A stretch of DNA of 63,537 nt, filler included, from Catajapyx aquilonaris (Eukaryota), in the NCBI GenBank assembly GCA_000934665.2. It is 2 parts of 2 records of this genome, joined end to end, with 100 filler letters (N's around TTAATTAATTAA, not from the genome) between each part and the next. Parts side by side here need not be neighbours in the genome. Positions count along the whole stretch, not along the records: positions 31,976 to 63,537 come from KZ539160.1; 1 more part is not named here. The stretch is one strand, 5' to 3'. Below the pieces are notes generated by a model. That model was not told the DNA's origin. It made no database searches and saw nothing but the letters and a program-made list of their open reading frames with translations. Below, one piece after another: positions 50,513-63,537 of the stretch (positions are counted from its first letter, which is position 1; every line of letters begins with the position of its first letter). The position numbers were made by a program, and so were the translations under genes.

Positions 50513-53194
50513 GCCCTTAACACATCAGCAAAAAATGTACACTTCATCACATAGCTTTCTGATATGCCACAATTTACCATTATAGGGTGTTAATAAGTTC
50601 CTGAGAAGAAAAAAATACAGTATGTGACACTCATGATTCCTCTCCCCTTCACTTTACAAATCTCTCCCTTTAGTAACTAATTTTTTCCTGTTGTTATCTG
50701 CCTAGGAACTAGCATATTATCACTTGTAATAGACCGATATGATCAAGCAGTAATACCATTCTGCAATGGTACCATCATTGTAGTGATGCAGGTTTTGATT
50801 TTCGTGTTGGTGTATCCTGCAAAATAATGCGACTTTCATACAGGTTGCATGATCCTACTGATGCAGTGAACATGGAATTGAGTGACTGCAAGAAGGTCCA
50901 CTAACGTAATTGACAGATGTGCAGTATGATACAAGTCTAGGATGAGTACAATATTGTCAACCCCTGCCACCATTTACCTGACTTCAATGTGCAATGAGAG
51001 CATAACTTTTTCTGAACCTCTCATGGAAAGGGACTATGTGATGACATACTGTATAAGTGGAACAGGGAAAACGACTGCTGCTTGAGCCAATCTCCAACTC
51101 CCTCAGCTACAAATTGTGACAACTCAGGATATGTAGGCCTACTCATTTTTCATAATGCCTTGCCAAGCAAACAATTCCGTTTCAATTCTGGAGAGGAAAT
51201 TCAAGATTGCTTTGCAAAACTTGACGACAGATTTGTGTCAGCAGTAATAATAAAAGAAACCCAGCACCTCCATCGATTCAAACCCATACGCAATTGGGAG
51301 TATTCCACCCATCCTCTCCAAAACTCCTACAAGGACAGTCAATATTGTGTGCCAGAGTAGAGTGAAAAGGAAGACCAATGTGACATCAGCATTGGAACCT
51401 TTTTTTGCTTGCACTGGTGACAGAAAAGTGCAGATTGGTGTCTTTGAAGACACCTCAGAAGAATTTAGTGACTATTGAGTTAAACTTCTGCGCATGCAGT
51501 GATTACCTAAAAAAATTATCATTGGCCTCCTTTCCAGGACACATGGTGGATCCCAGCTGCGTACATTCTGTGTACTGTCATCAGTACAGTACATTCAATG
51601 CATCAGCAGGATCATAAGACCTGCATGAAAGTGGCATTTGCAGGATATGCCAGTATGAAAATCTAAGCCTGAATCACTACCATGATTGTGTGATTGGGGA
51701 ATGGTAATATTGCTTGATCAAATTCCACCTATTACAAGTGATGTGCTAGCGCCTAGCAGATTATTATCCCATGAGTGCGCACTTCTACCTGGGCCGCATA
51801 ACACATTTCAATTTCTTTCTTGCAAACCATGGGAAACTCTCATGGGGTATTTCATGGCATGTTTGGAGGAGGGCATGTGCAGATATATTTTTTTTCTATA
51901 AAATCGAGAATGTGGCAGTGGAAAAGTCAGATCAACATAATTTATCTTGAACTTGGACTGTGTTTATTGTTGGAAAATGTTTGCTATTCCGGAATCTGAA
52001 TTCCTATACCATAGTGAATCCAATGGCATGTCATTCACACCAGCACATACTAGTGTAACAGCGAGATACCTGCCAATATATGTTAACGATTATGTCTGCA
52101 ATGTGTACCATACATTCACAGGCTCATACTGACTCAGGGTTACATTGGAGGACACTGGTTCCTATACCAATTTGCTCTACTCCAACCCCTATATAGTATG
52201 TGCTTCTTATGACTGTCAACAACCTTTGCAATCATCCTGTATGTGTTTACCTACAAAATGAAACACAGTGTTCTACCCCCATAAAATCAAGAGTTAGTTG
52301 TCTGCTCAGTATGGTTTTGAATAGCTCAACAGCAATCGTCTGTGGCAGGCATTCAATGCATTGATATTTTTGATAATGCCCATGAGCGTACTTCTGAAAC
52401 TGTGGCATTGCTACTGACTGTAGATCATGATTTTCACTGTAGATATCAAAAAAGTCCCTCATCACAACGTATTTCAAATACACATTATGCTGGTTTGAAC
52501 ATGTATGAATTAGGCTGATGCAACATCTCCTGTGCTGTGGCCTCAAATAGTGGCATATTGCATGTGCAATGAATGTAAACTCAAAAAAATGTCAAGAAAA
52601 TATTATTTCCTTTTTCATGCAAGATGATGGGACACAGGGTGAGGTATGTAAGAGGGCCACTTACCTGCATGATTACGTTGCCAAGTATGAAGATTCCTTA
52701 ATGCCTTCTAACAGCAAAAGAAACAGACAAAGAGGTACCAAGAGCTAATAACAATTATAGCTCTTGACGGTACATAGGACTTCAGTTTTAAAGTGTGGGA
52801 TTGCAGAAGGCCTGCTCTCATGAATTTGTTAGGGTGAACCTTGAGGAGAACTTACAGACACTGGATGATAGCAGTGCTGCACTCATTTCCAATCACTCTC
52901 CTCACTTACAGGTGCTGCAGTGAGTCATATACACTATATATCTATTCAAAGCTTGTTAATGACCTTACTGATGAGTACTTAAGTTTTCGCGAAAGGATGT
53001 ATTGCAGAATCGGTTTCAGCTCATTTCAAAATGCTATTTAGTCAGGTTGTTCCATATAATTTTATGTGTACACGTGAAACTCAGATTTAGCCTGCTTTGA
53101 TCCATAACTGGCATTTGGTTTCCAAAATCGTGAATGTTCAATTTTTTTCATATTTAAAATGGCTGCAGAGAGCATTAGGAGTAAATTGGAGCAT

Positions 53195-53600
53195 TTTAGA
53201 CTTTTTCTCATCGAAAAAAAAGTATTATAGAATGGCTCTGTCCGTCCGTCTGTCCGTCCGTGGACAGGTATCAGGGCCTAAACCGCAAGAGATGTCGACA
53301 AACGGTTTTCATATTCAGATTCCGCGGACCCTAAATAGGTTTCATGGTCAAATTCCGGTGGCCGGCCACTTCTGGTTTTCCGGGTTCACTCTATCCACCA
53401 GGATCAAAGCTACACCTTATAAATTAATTCTCATGCGTTTCTTGGCAAAGGGAAATGAGACTGATAACATTCTATTCACTGTTGTCTAGTTAGAATCGCA
53501 TCGTGTCGCATCGTATTTTATTCAACGAAGTTGCCAGTCTTAATTTCCCAATGCCCGATGAGAAAAAGTCTACTCAAATCACTCGCGTGATTTGCCACTA
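53195..53600 (+). mobile_element. Putative Helentron/DINE-1-like element (copy 2)
   Basis: Homologous to 1150-1640 in the opposite orientation; CTGTCCGTCCGTCTGTCCGTCCGT near the 5' end. Confidence 0.55.
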
Positions 53601-55057
53601 ATTTATTGCCACGGTAATTTATTCTGCTAAAGTTAGAAAATGCTAAAGATAGTGTTCTTGATTGTTCACAAAAAGTAACGTATTTCATAAAATAACACAT
53701 GTGCAGCCTATTTACACAATGTGGCTATGACCTTAAAACGTGGCAATGCATTGGGAAAACAGTAATTCACACACATTATCCCAAGTAATGTCAATTTTAG
53801 GGAACAATATGAGATTCTAGAAATTGCCTACTTTAGCACTTTCACAAATAAGAGAATGGACAATGTCAGGGGTTATCCCTTAAAAAGTAAGATGTTATGG
53901 ATTGGTTTTGTGTATTATACATAATTGTGTAAGTTCAGTCCTTGAATTTAGCCGGTCGTTAGTCGCATTTCGCGACTTGAAGTCACCTATTGGCGACCCA
54001 GTAAAGATATTTTGGCGACTGGCTTTTTCCTCCCAATATTGCATTTCTGTCATTTATTTCTCGGATTCTGGTCACGCATTTTTGATTTGTTTCCTGTCGA
54101 CGCTCTTGGTGACTGAGTGGTGCTTGTTGTGCCCAATTAACAAAAAAGGAAGGACTTTCATATCGGCTGACCGGATTTGGGAGGGGTAGTAGTGCACTCT
54201 GTCAACATAACCCATGACCCAACTTTCCTTCCCGGAGGATACAGACCTCTTTTCAGCGTATACAATCCTAGGAAAGTACGTAAAAGTACTGCGTCAGCCG
54301 ATATGAAAGTCTAGCCACAAAAAATTCATTGTTGAAAATTGTTGTACGGTCTTACTTAGGGCCTACAGCCCCTAAAATACACAATTGCCATTTAAATTGT
54401 AACATTATAACATTTATGTCATTTATTTCTTGGATTATTGTCACATATTTTCGATTTGTTTCCTGTCGATGCTCTTGGTGATTCTGAGGTGTTTGTGTCC
54501 AATTAACAGTATATTGCCATTGAAACTGTAACATTGTGACATTGCTGTCATTTATCTCTTGGATTCTGGTCACATATTTTCGATTTCGGCCCAAATTTGC
54601 CGAAACACAGTATCTGTATATTTTCAAATTTTACAGGAGATGCCAAAACACAAATAGGTTCAGCACAGTGACTGTGGTGGATACTAGGTTTCAGCCCTTT
54701 CAGCTTTTTCCTTCTCATGGCGTCAGGCATGCTAGGGATTTTTAAATGCATGTATTTCCTCCCTGTATGCACACACGCTCATAGGGTGTCTGGTGTGGAG
54801 TGGAGGGATATAGGCGTCGCCTAATTCCTTTTTTGAGAAGTTATTGCTGTGGGTACTGGACATGATGAAGTCTGAATTTCCCGCCAAATATCAGATACTG
54901 GGTTTCGGTGAATTTGGGCCTATTTGTTTCCTGTCGATGCTCTTGATGACTCTGTGGGGTTCGTTGTGTCCATTTAACGATTGCTAATGTAACATTGTAA
55001 TTTATTAAGAATGTGTTACTGATGTGATTTGTGTATAATTGTACAGTAGTTAACGTA

Positions 55058-55781
55058 CAGGTAGTCCCCGGTCTACGAACGGAGTTACGTTCCTGAAAAT
55101 GTATAGTACATAAATCGGATTTGTACGTAACTCGGATCCCTGAGGAACAGCGCATATACACAGCGTGTTCATGAATTAATCTGCCAAAATAATACTGGTG
55201 ATATCATGGGCTGCATATGGAAGAAGCATGGCGTGGGTCCGAAAGGCCGGCGACGACGTCGACGATGCCTATTCTGACAAGTATGGAAACCCCCGTGCAT
55301 GCATGCATCGCTGGTTGCCGGAGTCAGGCGTGTTGAGATCCGGCAACCAGCAATGCAGGCATGCATGGGGGTATCCATGATTGTCAGGATAGAAATCGTC
55401 GTTGTCAAAGGTCGACATCTCCTATAGACGTAGCGTCGACGGTCTTTCCGGCCCATGCCATGCATCCACCATACGCACCCCTACCACCAGTATCATTTTG
55501 GCAGATGAATTCCTGAACACACTGTATACAGCATGAAGATGCGGCTCCAACGAACCGCTTGTTTGTCGGTTTACATGCGCGGAAGTTTCCTAATTATTAA
55601 TTAATTAAACACTATTAATGTTGAACTTGGTGTCGGTCCAAGTTAGCAGAAGTGATTAAAAGTGGAGGATAGGCTAATTATAAATTATAGTCTACGGTAT
55701 ATAATTCTGCGAAGCCTTGGGATCCCGTTCGTAAGTACGGATAGCCGTGAGTCGGGTCGTTCGTGAACTGAGGACCACCTG
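55058..55781. mobile_element. pogo/Tigger-like MITE with a nested palindromic MITE (55161-55524)
   Basis: CAGGTAGTCCCCGG / CTGAGGACCACCTG with TA flanks; the inner element has TCTGCCAAAAT / ATTTTGGCAGA arms. Confidence 0.7.
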
Positions 55782-56197
55782 TATTTTGAAAAAGAAAAAA
55801 AAAAAAACTAGAAAAATCGGTTAAGTCTGCTTCTTAATATTGTGAAACATACTTGTATTAACGTTGACGCTATATGTATGTATACAACTCAATGTGTACT
55901 TTGGAACAGTAGACTAATGTTTAACACAAGAATGGCGACTAGACATTCAGTTTTGAGTAACACGGTTTCAGATGCCATTTGGCGACTTTCTTATACAAAT
56001 ACAGGGTCATCGAAAATGAATGCTCCGATTTTAAATTATTATTATTACTCGAAAATTTCAAACATTTCTTATCATTTCAAACTTAAATCGTGAAGATAAA
56101 ATGTTTACAAGTTTTCCAGTTATATGATTTTAAAATCAGGGTATTCTTTTTGTATTACCCTGAATATCTCATCAGTTTCGAACTCTGTAGGCCTATA

Positions 56198-56629
56198 CAA
56201 CGTGTTCCCGAATTCGTCTGCCAAAATGAAATGGGTGGTAGAGGGGTGCGTATGGTAAAGGCATGGCATGGGTTCGAAAGGCCGTCTACGCTACCGCACA
56301 TCTAGAAGATGACGAACTTTGACGTTGTGTATCCTGACAAGTATGGATACCCCAGTACATGCCCGCGTTGCTGGTTGCCGGAGTCAGGCGGTTGTGCAAC
56401 TGTCTGGGTGTGCGAGCACCTCACCCCGGCAACCAGCAATGCAGGTATGTACGGGGGTATCCATAGATGTAAGGATACACATCGTCGATGTCAAAAGGTT
56501 ATCCATATAATATTGTCAGGATAGTCATCGTCAACGCCGTCGCCGGACTTTCGGGCTCATGCCATGCTTCTTCCATACGCTCTCCCTACCACCCATATCA
56601 TTTTGGCAGACGAATTCGGGAACATCCTG
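56198..56629. mobile_element. Palindromic MITE, same family as 55161-55524
   Basis: TGTTCCCGAATTCGTCTGCCAAAATGA / TCATTTTGGCAGACGAATTCGGGAACA with TA flanks. Confidence 0.8.
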
Positions 56630-56680
56630 TAGGCTAGATTAAGAACTAACATTGTAGGCTACCCCTAAACCAAACAACAT

Positions 56681-56906
56681 TATAGATGAATTTCTTTACG
56701 AACGCAACCGAGTGCGTACCCACACTCGCGCAAGTCCATTGTTCCGACAACAACGTTGCCACAGTTACTCGTCAAGGTTCCTTTCAGAGCCTTGGCAACA
56801 TCGCAAAAGTCGGCCATATTGTTACTCCCTCAAGCTTAGTGTTGGAAACAATTTGCGCATCCTGTATTGCGCACTCGGTTGCGCTCATTATACAATTCAT
56901 CTATAG
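56681..56906. mobile_element. Inverted-repeat MITE, related to 60999-61217
   Basis: TATAGAT..GCAACCGAGTG / CACTCGGTTGC..ATCTATAG in both copies. Confidence 0.65.
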
Positions 56907-57968
56907 TTAGTCTGTGTTTACTGTTGCCATGTAGGGCCAAGGGTCAGAAAAACTCGTCGTCAATCTGACAAAAGGACGAATACGACATTTTTGCTAAAAT
57001 CGGATTATGGCCTCTTCCAGCCCCATCAAGATAGTGTTGGGTCACATTCTAACAAAACGGCGAACCCAATGGGACAAGTGTCGTGAGAGTTAGAAGGGAA
57101 AATCAAAAGGCCATCCTGTGTATTTGTATAGCGGTTTGCAGATTTATTTTGGCTCGCCTGTAAAATTAGGAAAATGTTGAATTTGTCCTTTTGTCAGATC
57201 AACGACGACCTATTATATTCCATTATTGTGAAACGTTTATTTGTCAAAGCGATGTATGATCTGTGTATGTATTGTAACTGTGTGCTTCTGTGGAAAATAA
57301 AGTGTAAGGAAATGACAAACGTCACAAAATCTCTATCCATATTTTAGGAAGTAGTTTGTTCGCTATAAAAATCCAGGGGAATGCACGTAATGCAGCGTCT
57401 TAAACTAGTATATCAGGTGTTACTTTTTACGAGAAATACGCTTCTGATCACAAAGTAACCGCTCCTGAGAAAGAAATTATATAGGCTAGCCCCTGAAAAG
57501 TGGGCAGCCCGGTATGTGAATATCAGTCTCGTTTCCTATTCACCAAAACAAACGGAAGGACTTTCATATCGACTGACAGAATTTGGCATGGGTAGGGGTA
57601 CGCTGTACCAACATAACCCATGACCTAACTTGCCTTCCCGGCAGATACACACCTATCCTTCAGCGAATACAGGCCTATCTTGAGCAGATACACACCTATC
57701 TTTAAAGACCACATATGCAAACGCAAAATAATAAGATTGTGAAGTAGTTAGGCAAGAACAATCATCCGGTTTGAATTTCAGTTTATACATACTATTGAAG
57801 GAACCGAGGCGACTAAGGCCACAGGGCATAGGAACAGGGTGAGGGCAGGAAAGGAAACGTTCTTGCAGAAAAAGGATGCTACCAGATTAGTAAGTTTATA
57901 ATAATCAGAATTTGAGAAAGATTGGACGTCAAGTGAATTCCTGACTTATGCCATGACAGGTGCTGTAT

Positions 57969-58117
57969 GTACTATCGGGTTCAAATACTTTTGGCCACTT
58001 TATCCTGGTTTTGAGCAACCCTTCGCACAGACCACACGTTAAGGATGTGTGGGTGTGTGTGAAGGGTTGCTTCAAGACCAGGATAAAGTGGCCAAAAGTA
58101 TTTGAACCTGATAGTAC
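57969..58117. repeat. Near-perfect hairpin (MITE-like)
   Basis: GTACTATCGGGTTCAAATACTTTTGGCCACTTTATCCTGG is inverted at the right end. Confidence 0.85.
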
Positions 58118-58599
58118 GGTACTGTACAATTTTGTTGACATCGCCTGAAAATATCCTGATACTGTGCATATCGCATAGCGCATAGGCCTATAGAATTTTT
58201 CATACCTTCCCGGGTAGGGGGAACCGCATGATCGGGGGTCATCAATGGGGGTCATGCAGAGCATGTCACGTTTCAGAATATCTCCTAAAGTCCTAAACGA
58301 AACATATTCTTACGGGAAAACCTGTTCTCCTGCAAGTAATGCTGGAGTCTAAATGCATGTAGAATTTTTTGGAGGCTTTATACCCTGAGCCATAATCGAA
58401 AGATAAACGGTCAAAGAACTATATTCTCATTGCAACACCTTATATACATACGTATCAACGTATGTTGTTTTTTACACAAACAGGAAAAAATAATTGATAT
58501 TTTGCTCTCGTTATATTTAAAGCGATCTAGTAATATCTATAAACATTACCATGCGTAATTCCAGTAATTTTCTTCCGGCGCCAGTTATTAAAGAAATAG

Positions 58600-60562
58600 G
58601 AGTACTGTACAACAGTATGCATTATTAAACGTTATCCATTGTGATTACCATCGCTTTCAAAAGCTACACAATCATGTAAATGCTATAATAATAATGAAAA
58701 CCTAAACGGAATGCTCCTTCCTCTTGGGAAGAAGGTGCTTTGGACCGTCATAATCATGTACTGTATGATACATACGTAGTCACAGTACAATGCTTGTATT
58801 TAATCTAGCCACTCTTTCTTCAATTCTTGAAGGACACTAACCGGGTTCCCCTGACTAGAAACAGTATATGAGGCAAGGTATGTCCTCATCAAGAGCAAAA
58901 AGATGGCTACAGCTGGTTGCAGTCTTGGTTTATTATTGTATGAGAAGAGGAGGAAACTAATACAGACACATAGGAGCGTCAGGAGGTGTAATAACTATGG
59001 TATTCAGGTGTTCTTTCGGGTAGTGTACAGTAGCTTTCATCTTTTAACTCGCGATGGTACATTCTCACGGGTGCGATGGACGAAAATATAGGACAAAAGA
59101 AACTTATAGTCCTTTGAGTTTCTAGGTGTGTCAAACCAGTTTTAGTCCTCTGTGTCTCATACGGAGGGACGGTTTTGTCTACTCCGATCAGCAAAACCGC
59201 ATGTATTATTGTCAGTAAAGTCGCTCTTTCCGGAAGAAAGACAATAACCCAGGATCTGCGACGCCGAGTGTGACACGCAGAACAAGTGAGTACGTTCTCG
59301 TATCATACCAGTGCGTATTTTTTCCCTTCGACGAAGATAGGCTGTCTTTATTCGCTGTAAAGTTAGACCGTAGATCATATTCTGCACTTACAAAAGCTGT
59401 TTAATACTTTAAGAAGGAAAAATTGAAATTAAGTTTGGCAAAAATAAGGGTGGAAAAATGACACGAAGGGAGAAAATCTACATTTAAGGCGACCATATTG
59501 AAGCTGTTTCGGAATATAAATACCTAGGCGTCCACTATTCCTCATATATTAAGGTCACTAAAAATTTGACGTCCTTCTTAGTAAAAGTGAGAAAGGGGTC
59601 AAATGCGACCTGGTTGTCTCCCACATATTACAGGTGCAGAAATTTCGTAGTTGCTATATCGACAGCTTTCTACAATGCACATAATATTATGTGGCATATA
59701 AATCATTGGACCACCCTGCTGGATCCCGAACAACTGTTTTACATTTAAAATATTCTATACGGTCACCAAAAAACTTACCCAATTATTTTGCGCTCCTGTA
59801 GAGACTGGATAGCCATGGCTGGAAGCCTGCTGAAGCATTTTTGTACAAACGAGAGAAAATATCAGAAATGAGAATAGCAAAACAGGTGTTCATCAATTAT
59901 GCAAAAAAAATATATACTTTTGGGTTGTAAGGGAGACAGTAGAAGTTGATAAGATATTAGTTGATAAGATATTGGGTCTATTGGAATTATAGACCACATA
60001 CGGTATGTAGAATATGATTGAGTTGATGAATAGCTTTAGAGGCAACATTATCCAAAATGAGATGGCGAGTTTGGCATCTTAGGCAAGGCATAAATCGTGG
60101 TATAAATATTACGATCGTATCTTGAACCTGTACAGAGCTACATCGATGCAAATTACCCAATGGAGGGTGTTCGTAAAATAAGGGTGGGGTTCACAAACGT
60201 GTTACTTTGTTAGTTTCAGGAGATGAAATATAATACATACGGTATGTAAGCTATTTATATTATAGGCTCAAACACCGAAAACGCCCATCGAGCGAAAAAA
60301 AAACAACAACACCGTTATGCGTTCTGGACTAAACGAAAATGCCCTTTGCCCTTGGTGCGATGGTTAAAAAAAATAATTAAGCGATCTGCTGAAGATCTCT
60401 GCTTTCTTTGAAATTACAGGGAACACTCTTAAACCTGTAGGCTACCTCATGTTTATACGTGATTGTTCTTTTTTGTCTCATCACGCAAGATACTATGAGA
60501 TAAACCTCGAGTATCCGTAGATTCTCTGCACTTCCTGTTTGGAAATACTGATCTGTTTTTTT

Positions 60563-60604
<42 letters not shown>

Positions 60605-60839
60605 TTAAAAAACGGCTATATTTTTTAAGAGAGTGGTTAGACGAAATAGATTCTTCTGCAAAGTAGGCTACTTTTTGAGTTTTCCAGTAGGCCTACCCTA
60701 TCCGCCTATCGTGTGTTGCAATGTAAGCTGTAAAAGGGATCCACTCGACGTAATTATGTGCAATTCATGTCTAATGGGAGGTCCCGTGTAAGGGCCATCG
60801 GCCCACCGGATAAAAAATCAATCAATCAATCAATCAATC
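58600..60839 (+). mobile_element. Decayed non-LTR retrotransposon (RT and 3' end), interrupted
   Basis: Residual KGGKMTRREKIYI*GDHIEAVSEYKYLGVHYS (~59447-59541), LQKLFNTL, RQG (~58870), CPWC (~60347) and an (AATC)n tail. The 5' boundary is approximate. Confidence 0.6.
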
Positions 60840-60998
60840 TGCCCGATAAAGTAAGTAAATTATACAGCAGAAAATGCACTCATGAGAACGTGACTAAATT
60901 TGGTCCATCTCACTCGTCAGAATAACGTAGCCTACCTTAACATGATTTTTTTGAAAGGTAATTATTTAAGTGTTCATGGGGGTGTTGTAAGTCACATG

Positions 60999-61217
60999 CT
61001 ATAGATCGGTTAACATAAGAACGCAACCGAGTGTGCATCGCCGTGGCGCACAGGATACAATACTGGCATCAGAAGTGATCTGTATGGCCATGCCCGTGTC
61101 AGAAATAAGTGTAACCTACAACAGATCATATCGTGCTTACGAACAGATCACTTCTCATTCCAGGATTGGATCCTATGCGCCACACTCGGTTGCGTTCTTA
61201 TGTTGACCGATCTATAG
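60999..61217. mobile_element. Inverted-repeat MITE
   Basis: CTATAGATCGGTTAACATAAGAACGCAACCGAGTGTG is inverted at the right end. Confidence 0.75.
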
Positions 61218-61282
61218 CCCCCATCATTTATGAAAATTACGAATTTTAGCTTTCAAAAAAAAAAAGAGAGAAAACATGGGTA

Positions 61283-61561
61283 GACAGAGTGGTGCAGCGG
61301 TAACGTCCCGGGTTCGATCCCAGCCCGGGGACACCCTTTTCATCTCGTGCAGAGTTGGGTCGTCTCTGGCTTCGTCTCGGGTGGAATTTCCACAGACTAA
61401 TCCACCCGGGGGAGCTCACAAAATGACATTAGTAACGACATTGCACTGCACTTTGCACATCCCCTCCTGTCATCCCGCCCGTGGGCCCGTGCGCTTCGAA
61501 AATGGTTCCAACGTGTACGCGTACGGCGTACGCAATGTACGATTGTATAACAATAAATAAA
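61283..61561 (+). mobile_element. tRNA-derived SINE (same family as 32863-33080)
   Basis: GGTTCGATCCC B box, shared body, AATAAATAA tail. Confidence 0.7.
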
Positions 61562-62559
61562 GGTCCGTGCTAGATACCGGTAGATACCGGTAAGGTGATA
61601 AAACACTACCGCACGATTATTATTAAAAAGAGAAAACATTGAAATAGATAGGTTGAAAATTGGTGTTTCAGAATCCGATCAGTTCTATAATGTTATTCCC
61701 ATTGGGAAGTTTTCTCGACGCAACTGCATCGTCGTAGAAAACTCACGTCACAACTCGGTATCCGCAAGCAGGCATCTATCAAAACCAAAAGACGCACTCG
61801 TCAATAAATAATATTGTATGCACAACTGGATGCCCTCCATTACCCACCTATATAGGCCCAAAATGTGATGTTCCTACGTCATTATACAGGGAAAGGGGTG
61901 GTCAATCCAAAGGGGAGGAAAAAACGCTTCCCAAAACATTAGCTTTATTAGGTCAAGGTCGGAGTGAGTACCGGTATATGTTACGGTGCAAGCTCCTTTC
62001 ATTTACTACATCTTTTACATGCGTAGCTCTTTCATGCCAGTAGCAGGTGCAGGAGTACAGCCAGGAACAATGATCTAGTATTCCAGCTTGAATTTCAGTT
62101 TACAGTTGGAGGGAGCCGAGAAAACTAAGGCCACGGGGCACACGAACAGGGTCATCAGGGTAGGAAAGGAAACACCAAAGGGAAACACTCTCGCGGAAAA
62201 AGATGCTACCGGATCAGTATTAAAAATCAGCTGTTTAAGAAAGGTTGTAGGCTATGTTACGTAACTGACATATGCCACGATGTGTACTGCATATGTAGGT
62301 CTACATTTTGTTTGTTAGGCAGTGGTGAAGGCGGGTGAAGGTTGGATGATCGGGTATGGTATGACTTCATATGGAAGCGTTTGAAGGACAAGGACACCAT
62401 ACGGAAGGTCCATGATGCCGCTTCTTCCCGGGAAAGGCGAGGTAGGCTACTGTTTCGAGGTCGGAGTGCTTGGTTTTCATTACACATACGGATTCAACTC
62501 CACCCTGGGTTCAACCCTGCCTTGTTCGCGCGGTTATTTGCGCAATAATATAGGCCTAA

Positions 62560-62796
62560 GAGCCGGTTTCACCGAGCTTGGTATATGATAAAACCAGGTT
62601 TCTTTAGGAAAATCCATACAAATAGATAGGGATTTTGAGAAATACCCTGGTTTTATCATATACTGAGCTCGGTGAAACCGGCCCTAAGAGCCGGTTTCAC
62701 CAAGCCCGGTTTTGATAAAACCCTGGTTCTTTCGGAAAATCCCTGCAAATAGCATAGCGATTTTCTGAAAGAACAGGGGTTTTATCAAAACCGGGC
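62560..62796. mobile_element. Two tandem PIF/Harbinger-type MITEs (62560-62684, 62688-~62796)
   Basis: TAA|GAGCCGGTTTCACC...GGTGAAACCGGCCC|TAA gives a 3-bp TAA TSD; the second copy is truncated. Confidence 0.75.
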
Positions 62797-63219
62797 ATCG
62801 CCGCCGATAAGGTTTTTCAAAATCATAAGCCGAGATATTCTCATACATTAACTAACTAACCATAACTTACACGAAATTTTGTGCCTCTATCTTTTCTTCT
62901 TTTTAAGCTTTTTTAAAGTCTTAATTTGCATTTTTATTACACTTTCCACACTTGGGACAACGTACTGTACTTGCATATCCGAGGGACTATCATCAATTCA
63001 CAAATCCTGTTGACATCTAAGCCATCATGGGTTAATGCCTCTTCATATTGTAACCCACAAATATGACAAACCGGAATGATCGATTCCTTCTCACTTTCGT
63101 GACACGTGGATAGAAAATGATCTTATACTGAGTACCGCTCACACACCTACTGCCAGTGCCCGAACCATCTTCCTACAATGTTTCACTCGCTGTCGCTCTT
63201 CCACAGCTGCAGCTTGGCT

Positions 63220-63537
63220 GCCGGCCTTGGTGGACTAGTGGTTAGCGCTCTCGCCTCTTGGTCCCAAGGTTGTGGGTTCGAACCCGGCCAAGGTGGGTGA
63301 CTTTTCTCCGGGTGGTAGAAAAGCGTGAGTGCGCCTTCCTTCGGAGGGGAAGTAAAGCCGTCGGTCCCGTGTGCTTGTGACATTGCGCGAGTACGTACAC
63401 GTTAAAGATCCCCAGAGTGGCCAAATTTCCAGGAGGAGGACACAAACGTCTGGCCAGAGGAACATGGCTCTTCTATCCGGCCAATCACAGACAGGCGCTC
63501 CCCCGCGCCACAGGAGAAGTGTGGCATGCCCTTGTAC
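63220..63537 (+). mobile_element. tRNA-derived SINE with a Nin/Deu-like core (3' end uncertain)
   Basis: GGTGGACTAGTGGTTAGCG A box, GGTTCGAACCC B box, core CCTTCGGAGGGGAAGTAAAGCCGTCGGTCCCG..CACGTTAAAGATCCCC. Confidence 0.7.

Noticed and set aside
63220..63292. Functional tRNA gene
   Set aside because: The tRNA-like head runs straight into a SINE body without a poly-T terminator.

Overview
Eukaryotic, intron-containing DNA from an arthropod, judged by an OS-D/CSP chemosensory gene and DIP/Lachesin-type Ig domains. It appears to be two pieces joined by an artificial 100-nt spacer (44 N + TTAATTAATTAA + 44 N, 31876-31975). The left part is gene-dense with mostly 50-100 nt introns. It holds an ApoD-like lipocalin with a duplicated promoter and first exon, two tandem fax (GST/metaxin-like) paralogs, and a GPI-type protein made of three DIP/Lachesin-D1-like Ig domains. 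It also holds a compact cluster of five unrecognised genes (19.6-27.3 kb), a CSP gene and HINFP. The right part holds LRR1 spread over large introns full of nested MITEs and SINEs, then TE debris including a decayed LINE. The best candidate for something undescribed is the 19.6-27.3 kb cluster. Four of its proteins share helical sequence blocks on by-eye alignment and two carry PAM2-like motifs. The divergent pair flanks about 24 DRE-like TATCGAT sites at 20-bp spacing. All gene models were spliced by hand from GT-AG sites and frame continuity; no database searches were run.
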